DNA of 64,000 nucleotides from Gracilinanus agilis (lineage: Eukaryota). The stretch is from positions 198,454,857 to 198,518,856 of the forward strand of contig NC_058135.1 in the NCBI RefSeq assembly GCF_016433145.1, read 5' to 3'. Shown here piece by piece: positions 39,038 through 51,890 of the stretch (position 1 is its first letter; each line of letters starts with the position of its first letter). The position numbers and the translations under genes were made by a program. The notes below the pieces were generated by a model, which saw only the letters and a list, made by a program, of their open reading frames with translations, did no database searches and was not told the origin of the DNA.

Positions 39038-40769
39038 AAGACAGGGATGATAAAGAAGAAATTTCTGCATTGAATTTTGATTAAATTATCTAAAATCCAA
39101 CTTGAAAATTCTATAACTTAATATGAACATACAAGGCCATAGGAAGAGATACAAAGTCTTTACATTATTTTAAAGGATTCCAAAGAAGATGAATTAAAAA
39201 ATAGAGCCGAGAGAATAGGAGAGATTATTTTCCCTTTGAGTTTGCTGAACTAAAGAGATAATGAATGTAAAGTGTTTAGTAAAGCTCAAAACATTATGTA
39301 AGCACCATCAAGTAGTAGTGGAAGCAGAATCTTTAAATTACTCAAAAAATACTTAAATTTGAGGTGATAAATTTGAGCATGGCACCCCAAATTTGTCTTC
39401 CTCCATCTAAAGCACAGGGTATGCTAAACTTTAATATTTGTTGACCAGTGAGAACATTCTCCATATCATAACAGAGACAAATAATTGCTTTTAAAATTGG
39501 TTAGGAAAAAGGAAACTGGGTTAGATATAAAGAAAGAGAAGGAAAAAAATTGGCTCATGGGTCTTTCATCCTATGAACTCATTTCTTTTGAAAAATGGAA
39601 TAAGCCAAAGAAGTTTGTGGGTTAATCAACCTGTTCTCAGGATGAGCATTACATTTTTAGGTAGCTGGTCTTTTTTTAATCTACCTAACCATGAAGTCTA
39701 TATCTTTCTGAACTCAAGATTATATTACCAATTGGTTTTGTTCCGTCTGTTTGGGATCAAACCCCATTTGTTTTCAGTAAGTTTCAACTTCTGCTGGAAG
39801 TAGCAATTCTGTATAAAAAACACAGAAAGGTCAAGGTTTCCTCTGCCTCTTTTTTTAAAGGTTTTCTCCTAACTTTTATTTTATAGTGTGATTGAATCTT
39901 GAATTGAATGTTGGATCTAAACTATGGTGTCTTTCATTCAATGTTGTACTCTCTTCAATCCAAAGCTGGGACACGTTTATATTTGGGTTACATTCATAAG
40001 AAATTTGCTGTTTCAAAGCCAAAAGAGATAGGCTTTCAAAATGAGAAACTTTCAAGGCTTGAAGTTTCAAGAGAGGACTGTACTGGAGCCCAGAGTCAGT
40101 TTCAAAGGATGAATGGGAAATGGCACCAATAGGATGAATGAGTGCTTGTCCAAAGAATAACAACTAGATTCCTTCATGCTTTCCAAATGTGTAACACTTT
40201 CCTCAATTACACCTTCATACCTTTAAGTGTTCTGGAGGTAGGTTCACTTAAATGCATGTATGCTAAAATATTTGCTATCATATCACCTAATGTGGAAAAA
40301 AAATCATGCTTCAGGGCAAGCATTAAGTGACAGCTTTTGAGATCACATCTTAGAAGCTGCTTACAACATAAAGCATACCCAGGAACTAGCACGAGATTAT
40401 TTATAAGACCTATAGTTCCCTAGAATAGTCAAAGAAATATGCACCATGATCACTGTAAACAAAAACACGTTTTTAAAAAATCTGGAATTTCCTTGATATG
40501 AATTAAATTTTTCCATCTTTAAACTTTATCTTTTTAAAGTAAAAAGATATCATGTGGCTTCAAATCATAGAATACCATGACCCCTAAACAATCAAGATTT
40601 CTGACAACCCAAAGGGCAATAAAGAGTTTCATGGCAGATATAAACAGATTATAGCTTATTACCAGTGATAACTTATGAGTAGGAAGTTTTATAAAAGATT
40701 TCATCTAGGGCAGATATGATTAAAAAGGCCACCTTGTCTATACAAAAGTGAGGAATGGACAGCTAAAAT

Positions 40770-40960
40770 ATTATAACACAGTAGGAAGAGCAATGGATTT
40801 GAAGTCAGAGAACCTGAATTCAAATCCTGGTTTTTGCTACTTACCTTTGTGACCTTCAACAAGTCACTAAGTTTCTTTACACCTCTGTTCCTCACCTTAA
40901 AATAAGAAAATTGGACTAGATGGTCTCTAAGGTATCTTCTAATTCTGAATCTATGCTTCT
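40770..40960 (+). mobile_element. MIR/MIR3 SINE
   Basis: gaacctgaattcaaatcctgg...gtgaccttcaacaagtcactaag...ttggactagatggtctctaagg. Confidence 0.8.
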
Positions 40961-42449
40961 AGGACTCACATGTATTTGTTTCCAGAAAATATTTTTTAGA
41001 ACTGTGAGGAGTATCTTTAATGTGCTGAGTATACCTATCATATAGGATTTATTGGAGAACACTGACAAGAATTTTATAAGATGAGAATGTCTGGAAAGAA
41101 GGAACTCTATTTTTCCTTTCTTCATATCTCTAGCAGCTTAGCAAAGGGTTTAGCCTATAGAATGCTCTTTATAAATGTTTAGTAACTACATCAATAAAGG
41201 GAGAGGTCACCAATGAGATCATATAACCTATTAAAATACATTCAACTCTCAATTAAGTGCTAATTGTATGGTTCATTGGATTAACAAATCAATGCACAAG
41301 TATGTGTGGACTGGCCTTCATCTCCTCAGCACTCTAGGCACCATAGGGAATGCAAGATTAGGAGAAATTATGGTCTGATGTGGAATAAATTACAAAGTTG
41401 CTTGAGGGGGAAAAAGTGCATTAAAACAACAGAAAAAAATAAGCAATAAACATGTTTTTTGGGAAAAGGGATGGTTTTATAATTTGACAAGTTAGGTTCA
41501 AATCCTGACTCAATCACTGACTATATGTGTGATCTTAAGAAAGGCTCTTAATCTCCTCAGGCTTGTTTCATCATTGATAAAATGAAAATATAGAGACGTG
41601 ATGGCCTAAATGATCTCTCCCAATTCTAAGCTTATAGACCTATGAAACAGAATAATATAACATCATAGAAATGAAAAACGAAATGAGCTTCAAAAAGTAA
41701 ACCTTGTGGTCAAAAGGGAAGCATAAATGGTGAGGAAAGTACTTTGATTAATGTTCTACAGAACTGTGAGTTACTAGGAACAATACCATCATTTAACCCA
41801 CAGAAGATAAAGAACATTTAAACTGAAGGCACTGACTGGTTGAAGATGACTGCCAATAGCCCTCAAGAAAGTAGTTTCAATAGAGTATGCAAAGGAGGAT
41901 GTTAGATTTTAAGGGGTTTAAATAAGCAATAAATGTTAAATGGAAAAAAGCATTCGATTTGAAGTTATAAATTCTAGGTTTGAGAACTAGCTCTGCAATG
42001 AAGTTACCCATCTGACTTGAGACAAGGAATTTAAAGCCTCAATTTCTTACTCTGAAGAATTATAGAGATGGGTTAGATAATACCAAAATCTCTTCCAGAG
42101 AGGGACAGTATAGTTAATTTTTATGAATTAGTCAAAAGAAGAATTTCCGAGGAAGAACTATTTTAAGTGTGAAAACTATTGATCAAATAGGATTGTATGT
42201 GTAAAAGATTATCAGCAACAATTAATGATATTGAAAGTTAAGAATGGGGTCTTAGAGCTAGAGTTCTCATTATTGCTTCCATTTCTACAATGCTGGCATG
42301 TTTAACTGTAAAGTATCTTAGATTCCCAATACAGAGTATAGGAAATTTATCAAGTTCATGTCACCATTGGCAAAAATATCTAATATTATTTTATGATATT
42401 ATATTTTGAAATCCTAGGTAAAAGTGAAAAACTCAAAAAGCTTTACAGA

Positions 42450-42680
42450 TTAGTGTACAACCAAAAAAGTATAGGCCTGGGAAGATCTGTGTTCATCTTA
42501 TCTTTCCCATCTACTCCCTGTACAATCATGAGTAAGTCATATGACCTCTCTGATCTTCCATGTTCCCCATCTTTAAAATGGTCATAGTAATACCTTCATT
42601 ACCTACTTCAAAGGCCTATTTTAAGGGGATCACATGGTGGAAAGTACTAAGCAAATGTGAAAAATCCTTGTCATTATTAT
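42450..42680 (+). mobile_element. MIR SINE
   Basis: gagtaagtcatatgacctctctg...ccccatctttaaaatgg...taataccttcattacctacttc. Confidence 0.7.
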
Positions 42681-43302
42681 TAGTAGGAAGAAAAGAATAT
42701 AACAATTACAAATATACAAATAAAAGAACAGAAATCAGTTTGGTCATGGTTCTTGAGACACTAGAATTTTATAATTAATTTCCCAGATAGTAACTCTGTT
42801 ACAACATAATTTATCAATACATAGTTTTGGATACACCATAGACAGAAAATAAAGTACTATGAAACAAAATAACTATGTATAGGACAACTTTGATATCATA
42901 AAACTTTAAGATGTTTCAGATTTGTTGACCAAGTCTGGCATTTTAAAGGAAGTTCCATATCATTACTTTACTTTGTTATCACACTGTCTAAGCTATTAAG
43001 TCCAATTTTCCTTCAATTGAAATTTCTTAATACTTTGCCTTATCTTTAATTCGCCATTACCTTCTTTGTATTTTTTTTCAAATTAGGAAAGACAGTGTTA
43101 CAAATCTGTGTTGTTATCCACATAGGTTGACACATAATGAGAATTGGTTAATGTATTTGGTGGCAATGAGGATGAAAAATAATGGAGAAAATATAATTTC
43201 TTTTGAGAGCTATTAATCCTGAGTGATGATATAATTCTCACACTTTCAAGAATCATGTCCTAACTAGACTGTGTTAAAAAAAATCTAGCAAGATCCTATT
43301 AC

Positions 43303-43395
43303 CAGCAGCTCAGAAAATGTCAGAGTTTGTCCTGACATTGACAGCTCTTTCTGGAGTACTTTGAAAGCTGATGAATTCTTCTTGGGTTTTGATTT
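43303..43395 (-). other. Candidate internal exon, 93 nt, symmetric phase 0
   Basis: Acceptor ctatccttcttcccAG, donor ctg|GTAATA, single open frame KSKPKKNSSAFKVLQKELSMSGQTLTFSELL. Confidence 0.25.
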
Positions 43396-44269
43396 CTGGG
43401 AAGAAGGATAGACACCACAAAGCAAAAGAGGCAAGCCAAAAGACACATTACTCAGTACTATAATTAGTAAATAGTACCCACAATAGAATATAACCAGTGT
43501 GATGTTCATAAATCATTAAAATGTAACTCGGGAATTTTTTTAACTGACTGGTTTTTTTTTAAAGAAATTTTGAAAATATCAAATATCTAATGTATTCACC
43601 CAATTAAAATAACTTCCAGGGATTAACCTCTTCAAATTCTATGGTTATTGAGTAAATTGTAAGTTTCCAGTAGAAGCTACACTTTGTTTTTTAAAACTCA
43701 CTCAATTTTACAATTGCAGGATTTCTGTCACAAAGTAAAGGCCTGTTGCCTATTGTTCCACAGTAGCAGAAAGAAACAATATGCTTCCCTTAAATATAAT
43801 TACTACTCCTGTCAAATGGAGGCAATCAGGGGTGTTCCGCTAGATTAAACTTCCAGACTGGATAAAAAGGTTCATTTTATCCACTCACTACTCTGTTGCT
43901 GCTGATTCATGTCAAAGTAATGAATGCCAAATACCAAGAAGATTTTTTCTCTCATATTGTTTGAAAACAAGTCCATTAAAACTAACTTGAAAATGTTTAT
44001 GCAGTACTAAAAAATTGTAATAAAAGGTAACAAAGGGTGGTAGAGCCTAAGCAGCTTTACACTGAACACAAATACCAATGTGAAAGATTAAGTTATTTTC
44101 AGCCAAAATCTTAGTTAATGAAATAATCTAATTCTCCTATGCACAATAGAAGACCCTGGTCACAGGGAGAAAAAAAGAAAAACTCATTTCTTCTGCTATT
44201 CTCCCTGGTGTTGCCCATGGTTAGCTCCAAAAACCTGTTAGGAAAAGACTGATACTTATCTTTAATTCA

Positions 44270-44600
44270 TTGATTCATTCATTCATGTAATCAATAAATA
44301 TCTATTGAACACTTACTTTGAAGAAGCACTGTTGTGGTTATAAAGTTACTGTCCTTTCCCTTAAGTAGCTTATAGTCTAGTAGGAACATATATATGAATA
44401 AGCCAAATAAAATTCTGAATATCAGAAATAATATAAGGCGTAAAAATGAAATTTTTGAGTAGAGAGAGATCACTACCAGAATCAGAAGTTAGAGAAGGCT
44501 TTCCAGAAGAAGTAGCTTTTGAGTGGTTCCTAACAGAATGAGCGGATGCTGGCAGAAAGAAATTGGCAGGTAGATATTGGTGGGTTCAGAGACAATTAAA
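44270..44600 (-). mobile_element. L2 3' end
   Basis: ttcattcattca...aaatatctattgaacacttact...ccttaagtagcttatagtctagtagg. Confidence 0.75.
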
Positions 44601-45960
44601 ATCCACTTTTAATAAATAACATGTTTTTTCTTCATGCTTTTGAATTATGGAACCAAGAAACATATGTTGCCTTTTGACGGAAGTAGATATTAAGTTCAAA
44701 AGTACCTACTATTTCCCTATTAAGTTCCTACTAAAGTGCCATGCTAAAAGCTGAAGACATGAAGAAAAAATAGTCACTGACCCCAAGAAGCCTACATTCT
44801 ATTGGAAGAGTTTATAGCCTAAACTGCCCAATACTGAATTGCTCCTTCATTGAACAATCACTGTGTAAATCAAATGTTTGAGTGGGCTCCAATATCACAA
44901 AGATGAGTTGTATAAGTTGTACAGTACAAAAGGCAAGAAAAAAAGTCGGGTTTTCTCAATAAATAGAGAATTTCCTTTACATGTATGCTCCAATTAGGGT
45001 CTATAAGAAGAAGCATTTTTCAGTGGAATGAACTTGTAATTAGGATATGATTTAAATCCTGGCTCTGTGACTTAAAATTTGTGTGATGTTGGGTAAATCA
45101 CTAAACTCTGCATGGTTTCTGACTTTAGATCTAGGATCCCAGGAGTCAATTCTTCATTAAACATAATCATGTCCCTCCATTATCATACACAGTTGCCTTT
45201 GAGTTTAGATATAGCTGAAGATCTCAAAATAATCTGAGGAATAATAATTACTAATATTTTTGAAAGAAACTAATAATCTGTGGACAAAGGTGATAGTTTC
45301 TATGTCTAAGGAGACAGAGAAGATGTGCTTATAAAAGTAAGGAGAGAACAAAGAATGATTCGAGGTAGGAGTCAGTTAAAAATGAAAGGGAGGATCAAAA
45401 AGTTCAAATACTGAAGAAAGATAAACAATTAATGAATGACTTGATGACATGACTGTAGGTCACTCATAATCTTTAGAGAGTATTATATCAGTTTGGTAGC
45501 AATGAGGAGATTAAATATAAAACCAAAATTTATAAAGCCATCTCACTAGCTATGAATCCAAGTAGCTTCTCTATCAAAATACCCAATGGTGTGAGAATGG
45601 GGGAATGATCAGAATAACTAACTATAATCCTGTATCTTTTAATTCTCAAACTCCTTGAAAAAAGTTTATGTTTGGTGCATCCTCCTCTACTCTTACTCTC
45701 TTCTAAATCCTCAGTAATAAGACTTCCAAAGTATAGTTCAAATGAGACTACATTCTCAAAAGTTATTTCTTAGTTGTCACATCTAAATGCTTTTTTTTAT
45801 AGCTTTCATCCTTATAACATCACCCTATTGATCACTTTTTCCTCCTAGACATTCTCTCTTCTCTACACAATTGTGGTACTACTTTCTATTGTTTCTGTTG
45901 TCAGTCCAATGGCTTCTTTCATATTCTCCTTTGTCAGAGCTTCCTCATAGGCTCTGTTCT

Positions 45961-46197
45961 TCTCTGTCTGTCTGTCTATTTGTCTGTCTGTTTGTCTCTG
46001 TCCATCTCTGTCTCTCTGTCTCTCCTCCTCCCCTCCTCTCCTTTCTTTTCCTCTCTCCCCACTTTCTTCCTCTCTTCTCTTTCTTGAAACAAGACATAGG
46101 AGAAATATTAAGTATTATTTGAGAGAGAGAGAGAGAGAGAGAAACAGAGACAGAGAGAGAGATAAAGGCAGAAAGAGAGAGACAGAAAGAGAGAGAC
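45961..46197. repeat. CT-rich tract followed by a (GA)n tract
   Basis: Direct reading; polypyrimidine 45961-46083, polypurine 46101-46197. Confidence 0.9.
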
Positions 46198-46479
46198 CTT
46201 GGATTTTATTAAGCAGGATTGGGTTCACTATATACTGTAGAGTTATGTACTATTAAAAAATCACCTTGACAGCTAAATGGAAATTGAAGAGATTTCAGTA
46301 AAAAACAATAGTAGAAGATATAGGAATAATCCAGGTCAACGGTTGAGGGTGGGGGGGGGGGGTTAGTAGCTATGTGAGTGGAGAAAGTAGGGTATAAAAA
46401 AGATAGTTATGTTTAGCAATAGATGAATTTCTGACTTCTGGTACTAAATTAATAACTGTCTTTTGAACATTTTAAACTG

Positions 46480-46790
46480 GATACCTGGTTGAAATCTCAA
46501 AACCAATTTATCTAAAAGTAATCTATTTTTTCTTTTCTGCCCCTTCCCTAAGCCTCTCTTTTTCCAAACTTCTCTATCACTGATGAAGCACAATCATCCT
46601 CAGTCATCCAAGTTTGAAATATGCTGTCATCCTTGACTCCTCAGGCTTACTCACCTCACATATACAATGAATTACCAATCTTATTGTTCTTACCTTGCAA
46701 CATTTCTTTTCTCCTCTCATAGAGCCACTACTCTAGGGTGTCTTCACCTTTGGTTGGACTATCTCAACACTTTCTACTCAGTCTCCTTGG
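46480..46790 (+). mobile_element. L2 fragment
   Basis: ccaaacttctctatcactg...catcctcagtcatccaagtt...tcatccttgactcctc...ttggactat. Confidence 0.7.
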
Positions 46791-47419
46791 TTCAAGGTAA
46801 GATGTTAATAAATATTTAAAATAGGGACAGAGTCAAGATGAAGGTATAAATTACAATCATATTCTTGACTATTGGGCTATTTAACTATCCTTTCGCTAGG
46901 ATTAGCCATTCTTTTCCCTTTAAATTCTGCTTCTGATAACTGAATTTTTACCTTCTTGTCTGTGATTAATCCCCTTTCCTATCTGGTACCACAGACACAA
47001 TAACTGTGCCCAGTAAGTAAGTTCAGGAGAAGTAAAACTTCTATCTCAAACCAACGTTATTTATCTCTAACATGAATTCCTTTCCATTACAACTACATCT
47101 GAGCTAAAATCTTAATCAGCATTCCCACTCAAGATTATTGAAAAGCTCAAAATAGCAAGAACAGACAGGAATAAGGAGATAAAACCTTTGTGAGGCTCAA
47201 AATGGACAATCAAAAGGAGAACCCACTTGACTCCCCACACTCAAGAAAACCATAAATGAGAGATCAAGATTCTGGGATTAGCTATCAAGGCTAATACCCA
47301 TCAAAGGGAAGAAGAGCTTCCTGAGTATCCACAGCCAATCTTCTACATCCCTGGATGGCAGGGACAGAAGTAACCAGTCCTCTGGTCCAAATCCAAAAGA
47401 GAATACATGGAACAGCCAA

Positions 47420-47660
47420 GCACCACAGTCATTAGGAGTGTTGGACTTGGAGTACAAAAGGTCTGATTTGAAATTGTCTCAAACATTTTCTAGTCTCATG
47501 ACCTGGGCAAGTCATTCAATCTCTGTAGCTCAGCTTCCTCATTTATAAGAGACATATAATAGTACCTTCCTCAGAGGATTGTTTGTGAGGACCAAATGAA
47601 ATAACCTATGTAAAATGGTTTGTGCACATTAAAGTGCTATGTAAATGCCAGCTCTTTTTA
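47420..47660 (+). mobile_element. MIR SINE
   Basis: gacctgggcaagtcattcaatctctgtagctcagcttcctcatttataa...gtgaggaccaaatgaaataac. Confidence 0.8.
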
Positions 47661-47901
47661 TTAGATGGAGAAATTTATCTTATTAGATAAAGACAATAAT
47701 CTTGGGACAAATGAGGATAAGATTGCCTTTGAGCCACTACAAGGTAGATTAATTGACTGAAAAATCCTTTTACATCTGAGAATAGGACCAAAGTTGAGTA
47801 GCATCAGACTCAGAGGCAATCAGAACAGACAACTGGCGTGGGGTCAGGGAAAATCTATCATTGGAGTGTTGAGGAGAAAGAATACTTCATTAAGAGGTAA
47901 T

Positions 47902-48091
47902 GGGGGGCAGCTGGGTAGCTCAGTGGAGTGAGAGTCAGGCCTAGAGACAGGAGGTCCTAGGTTCAAAACCCGGCCTCAGCCACTTCCCAGCTGTGTGACC
48001 CTGGGCAAGTCACTTGACCCCCATTGCCCACCCTTACCAATCTTCCACCTATGAGACAATACACCGAAGTACAAGGGTTTTAAAAAAAAAA
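47902..48091 (+). mobile_element. Young SINE1_Mdo-type CORE-SINE
   Basis: ggggggcagctgggtagctcagtggagtgagagtcaggcc...gtacaagggttttaaaaaaaa; TSD-like aagaggta at 47892-47899 and 48092-48099. Confidence 0.95.
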
Positions 48092-49622
48092 AAGAGGTAG
48101 GGGACCAAGACTCTAGTTTCAGTTCTGCAGATAACTGTGTGATTTCAGTAAAGTCAGTTTACTTCTCTAGTATTTTTTTCTCATTTACAAAAGTGAAGAG
48201 TTAAATCAGGATCCAGAAACTGAAGTGGCATTTCTAGAGAATAAAACCATTTAGAAAGGCCAAAGGGGGATAAAAAGTTAAAAAACTTCCCACCTTTGTG
48301 CTATATTATTATCTATTAGTCAGAAAAGGAAGAATATTTAATCTGAAAATGTGAATTTACCTTGCAGTCATTCCAAGGTATAGACAACTCTCTGTAAGCA
48401 TCTCAGCAACTAAAATGGTGTATTAACTGGCCTTCCACACATCAATGGTATAATGATACTTGTTAATGATGACAATCCAGGGAAGCTGGGAGATCCTAAA
48501 GTGTCTTCTGGTTAATGGAATAAAGGCTAAATCATTTTGAGCATAGTTTAACAGCTAAGTATATGCAACTGTGGGCATTCTAGATCTTTTATAACTATGA
48601 ATATATGGACACTCACTGTGTGTCTGATTGACCGCCCTTCCTCCATTCCTTGATTACATTAGAAAACTGAATGTTTAATTCCAGTAATGGCAGGGGTGAC
48701 AGTGTATGTCTTCATGAGAAGAAAATGTACCAGTAAGAGGAATGCTGTTGTTCCTTTACTTCCTCCAATTAAAAAAAAAGTTACAAGTACCTCCTAAAAG
48801 AGTTTTTTTTTGTTTTTATTTTTTCCATTTTTCTGGAAGATGTTGAGTCAACTGGATAATACGTTCAATTTTCCTGAATCTATGTGGCCACTCTCCTGAA
48901 ATATGTTTCTCTATGTATGTCAAGAAATAATGTGAATTTCACCTCACGTTAAACTCTTTGACCATTTATATTATTTACTGTCATATTACTCACTTAGTGA
49001 GCCATTTAAATTATATTATATTAAATGCATCTTGGTTTTCTACCAAAATTTGATCCTAAGAAATATGATGCCTCAATACAGGTATCCAAAAATCCAAAAA
49101 ATCATATTCTATATCTATTTGTGATTTTAGACTCTAATTATTTCCATTTAATTTCACTAAGATATCTTTTCACACTATCAAAAAAAGTCAGAATGACCAT
49201 GAATACTTTTGTAGAATAAAAAATTGTCTCACATTGGGAAAAAACCCAACTTCTTTTAGCAATTCTTTAAGTTTCAAACATGTAAAGATATATCCAAAAG
49301 AGCAGCCTTTTCAGATTGTGGCAATTTGAATGATTGCATTTTTTTAAAAGCAGGAAACTGTCAATGAACCCTTTAAATACGAGAGGGAAGAAACCCTTTG
49401 ATTATGATAGATATACTTGATAAATTACCTAATAATATATCCAGAATGAAAATCTCCATCAAATCAAGTTACATTGGACAAGTTTCTCTCTTCTTTGTAA
49501 ATTTACAACCAATTTATTAAGCACATTTTCAAGCAATTTCAGTGGCCTTAGGCCTTTATTCTAATGAAAAAAATTTGTACACTTAGCAACACTTATCTTA
49601 GAAAGCAGATGGTACCCCCTAC

Positions 49623-49644
49623 CTGAACTTTTGGTTTCTTTTAC
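49623..49644 (-). other. Candidate 22-nt micro-exon / recursive splice site
   Basis: ccccttcttcaatctctcactattctttattgtttctctcAG|GTAAAAgaaaccaaaagttcag|GTAGGG. Confidence 0.35.
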
Positions 49645-50119
49645 CTGAGAGAAACAATAAAGAATAGTGAGAGATTGAAGAAGGGGGATGGAAGACATTT
49701 TCCATCTGTGAAGATTTACTGCATCTTATCACTTCCTCAGGCATATTGCGTGTATTAGCTTACATGTATGTTGAGGTTTTAAACCTCATTTTGTTATTCT
49801 AGAAATAGTTATTGCCTTAAAGAATATTGAAGCGGTAGGAAAAACTACTGAATTAAGAATAAAGAGACCTGGGTTCAACTCTTAGTTCTATCACTAATTA
49901 AACTATCTGACTGTGGGCATATTATTTAATATCTGATTTCTCATTTGTCAAATGCTAATGAAAATGGTAATGATGATACCAACTCAATTCAATTAAAATA
50001 TATTAAACAATTATGGTAGAAGAAAAATAGATATCGCACATATCTTTCTATCAAGCACAAACATACGTAAACATATGCACCAAAATAAAAAAAAAAACCA
50101 ACTTTGATATGAGATAAAG

Positions 50120-50560
50120 AGCTAAGTGCCAAGAAGAGGCACAGGTGAAGTATTATTAGAAATGTGAAGAAGAGGTCGAGTCAAAGAAGGAAGCTGAATG
50201 AGGGAGGAGAACATAAACTTAGTACTATGGTGGCAAGGGAAACAGTATCTTTCAGGGGCAGCAAAGTTTCCACAAATACCCAAAGATGGAAAAACTGTGA
50301 GATGACACAAAATAGGCTGAGGGGGAGTTTGTTAATAATACATTGGGGATTCCAAAGAGCAAAGTAGAACAGAAGGACAGATGAAAATATGGACAAGGAC
50401 TGATAAGTACTGAAATGGATTTGGACTTGGGTATAGAGAGAGGTAGTAGAAGGATTTGAGGGGAGGAGAATAAATTGATTAAGCATGCATCCAAAGAATC
50501 CTGTAATGATTGAGCACAACTTTAATACTGAAATGGTTGTGTCCCCTTATTTATTTACTT
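50120..50560 (-). mobile_element. L2 fragment
   Basis: Purine-rich antisense L2 ORF2-like stretch; explains the overlapping ORFs at 50122-50519. Confidence 0.5.
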
Positions 50561-50769
50561 GGATTGCAACTGTAATTCTAAACAAAGAGAAGCTGGGAAT
50601 AAGGAGGCAGAAGTGACAGGAAGTTTTGTCTGAGCTCCTTTGTGATTGACTATCTGGTGGTCATTCTCCCTAGGTCAGAATGAACTCACACTGAGCATCA
50701 GGTCTGTATACTCATACAAGCATAGGAATGGATATTTTTACTCTCCGAGCTCTGGAGACTTAGACCATC

Positions 50770-50979
50770 AAGAGAGATTCTTAACCTAAAGTCTATCCAG
50801 TTGTATTTTTAAATGTTTTGACAACTGTATTTCAACATAACTGGTTTCATTTGTAGCTCTGAGTAATCTGTTTTACACATTTAAAAACAGTTTTGGAAGA
50901 AGAGTCCATATGCCAAAGTGCCATCACCACAATATTGGCCAAAGGGATCAATGATACAAAAATTCATTAAGAACTCTTG
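50770..50979. mobile_element. Charlie1-type hAT MITE, decayed
   Basis: Degenerate TIRs (gagattcttaacct / attaagaactcttg versus CAGGGGTTCTTAACC); internal tttgacaactgtatttcaacataactggtttc and catttaaaaac...gaagagtccata. Confidence 0.75.
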
Positions 50980-51425
50980 TTCTACTACATTTGGCCCCTT
51001 GAGAGTCAGAATCTTTACTGACTCTACTCAGGTTCCCAGATGGGTATAGGTCCCCTTGTTAAGGTCCCTTTAGCACTTCTGATACCACAAGATTTGGGAT
51101 ATCATAGTTCTGAGACCCTACGTGTGGCTGACAATGTGACATCTGGGAGATGGGACTGAATTTGTGTTTGTGTTACCTCAATGAGCTTCAAAGCCTGTAA
51201 GGATGGGGGGGATGGGACAAAAAGAGACAGAAGAAGGCCGTTGGTGATAGTTGGTGACAGTTAAGACCAGAGGGGATTCTGGGATTATTCTTCTGAGGAA
51301 GGAGAAAAGGGAAAAAATGATAAGAATTGAGTATGCCCAAAACCTTATCCTCCTGCTAGTAAGCTGGCTATTTTAGAAACATTGCTGTTAATCTTGACTG
51401 GACATTAATGTTAATTATGGCTTAC

Positions 51426-51483
51426 TGCAGATACTTATGAATCTCATCAAAATGCCAGATGGGCCTCTCTTCCAACTCTGAAT
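51426..51483 (-). other. Candidate internal exon, 58 nt (gene unidentified)
   Basis: Acceptor aactttctattttatAG, donor gca|GTAAGC; phase-compatible with 54211-54275, giving NSELEERPIWHFDEIHKYL. Confidence 0.3.
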
Positions 51484-51719
51484 CTATAAAATAGAAAGTT
51501 ATATATTTATAAATGCCATTCAGAAGGTGTTCAGTTTGATAAGGATATGATACCACTGGCACATGGTAGCCATGGGCAGCATTCTCTCTCTTCATCTTGA
51601 ATTTGAATTGTGTAAAGTACAACAATGAATTCATTGGCAGATTAAATAAATTGGCAAATATGGAATAAATCAAAATCCTCAGGATTTAGAACCAGAGAGA
51701 CCCTATAGGTCACTTATAT

Positions 51720-51890
51720 CAGTGGTATCCAATTCAAATAGAAACAGGGGATCCTAGTGGGTGGCATATTGACTTTTCAAAGGTAATGCTATCTGTGTTT
51801 TATTATATTTTTTATTTATTCCATCAAATATTTCCCAATTACATTTTGATCTGGTTTGCCCACACTGGGGAGCATTGTGTTACTGAAATC
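51720..51890. mobile_element. Marsupial hAT-Charlie MITE inserted in a MIR
   Basis: cagtggtatccaattcaaatagaaac...gcatattgactt...atatttcccaattacattttgatctggtt; flanked by two halves of an antisense MIR. Confidence 0.6.

Noticed and set aside
39869-40132. CTAAC-ttttattttatAG acceptor followed by a 74-aa ORF
   Set aside because: Branch motif is unusually close to the AG, all frames close right after it, and the peptide is unrecognised
40379-40452. 74-nt minus-strand exon-like segment
   Set aside because: All three frames closed; no other support
47000-47420. Possible LTR or unexplained GC-richer block
   Set aside because: No TG...CA/TSD boundaries or family motif identifiable by eye
47902-47975. 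A-box/B-box pattern suggesting a tRNA gene
   Set aside because: It is the tRNA-derived head of a SINE with no cloverleaf; the same applies to the other SINE heads
48361-48495. 135-nt minus-strand exon-like segment with a strong AAG|GTAAAT donor
   Set aside because: Weak acceptor tract and stops in all three frames; indistinguishable from a pseudo-exon without data
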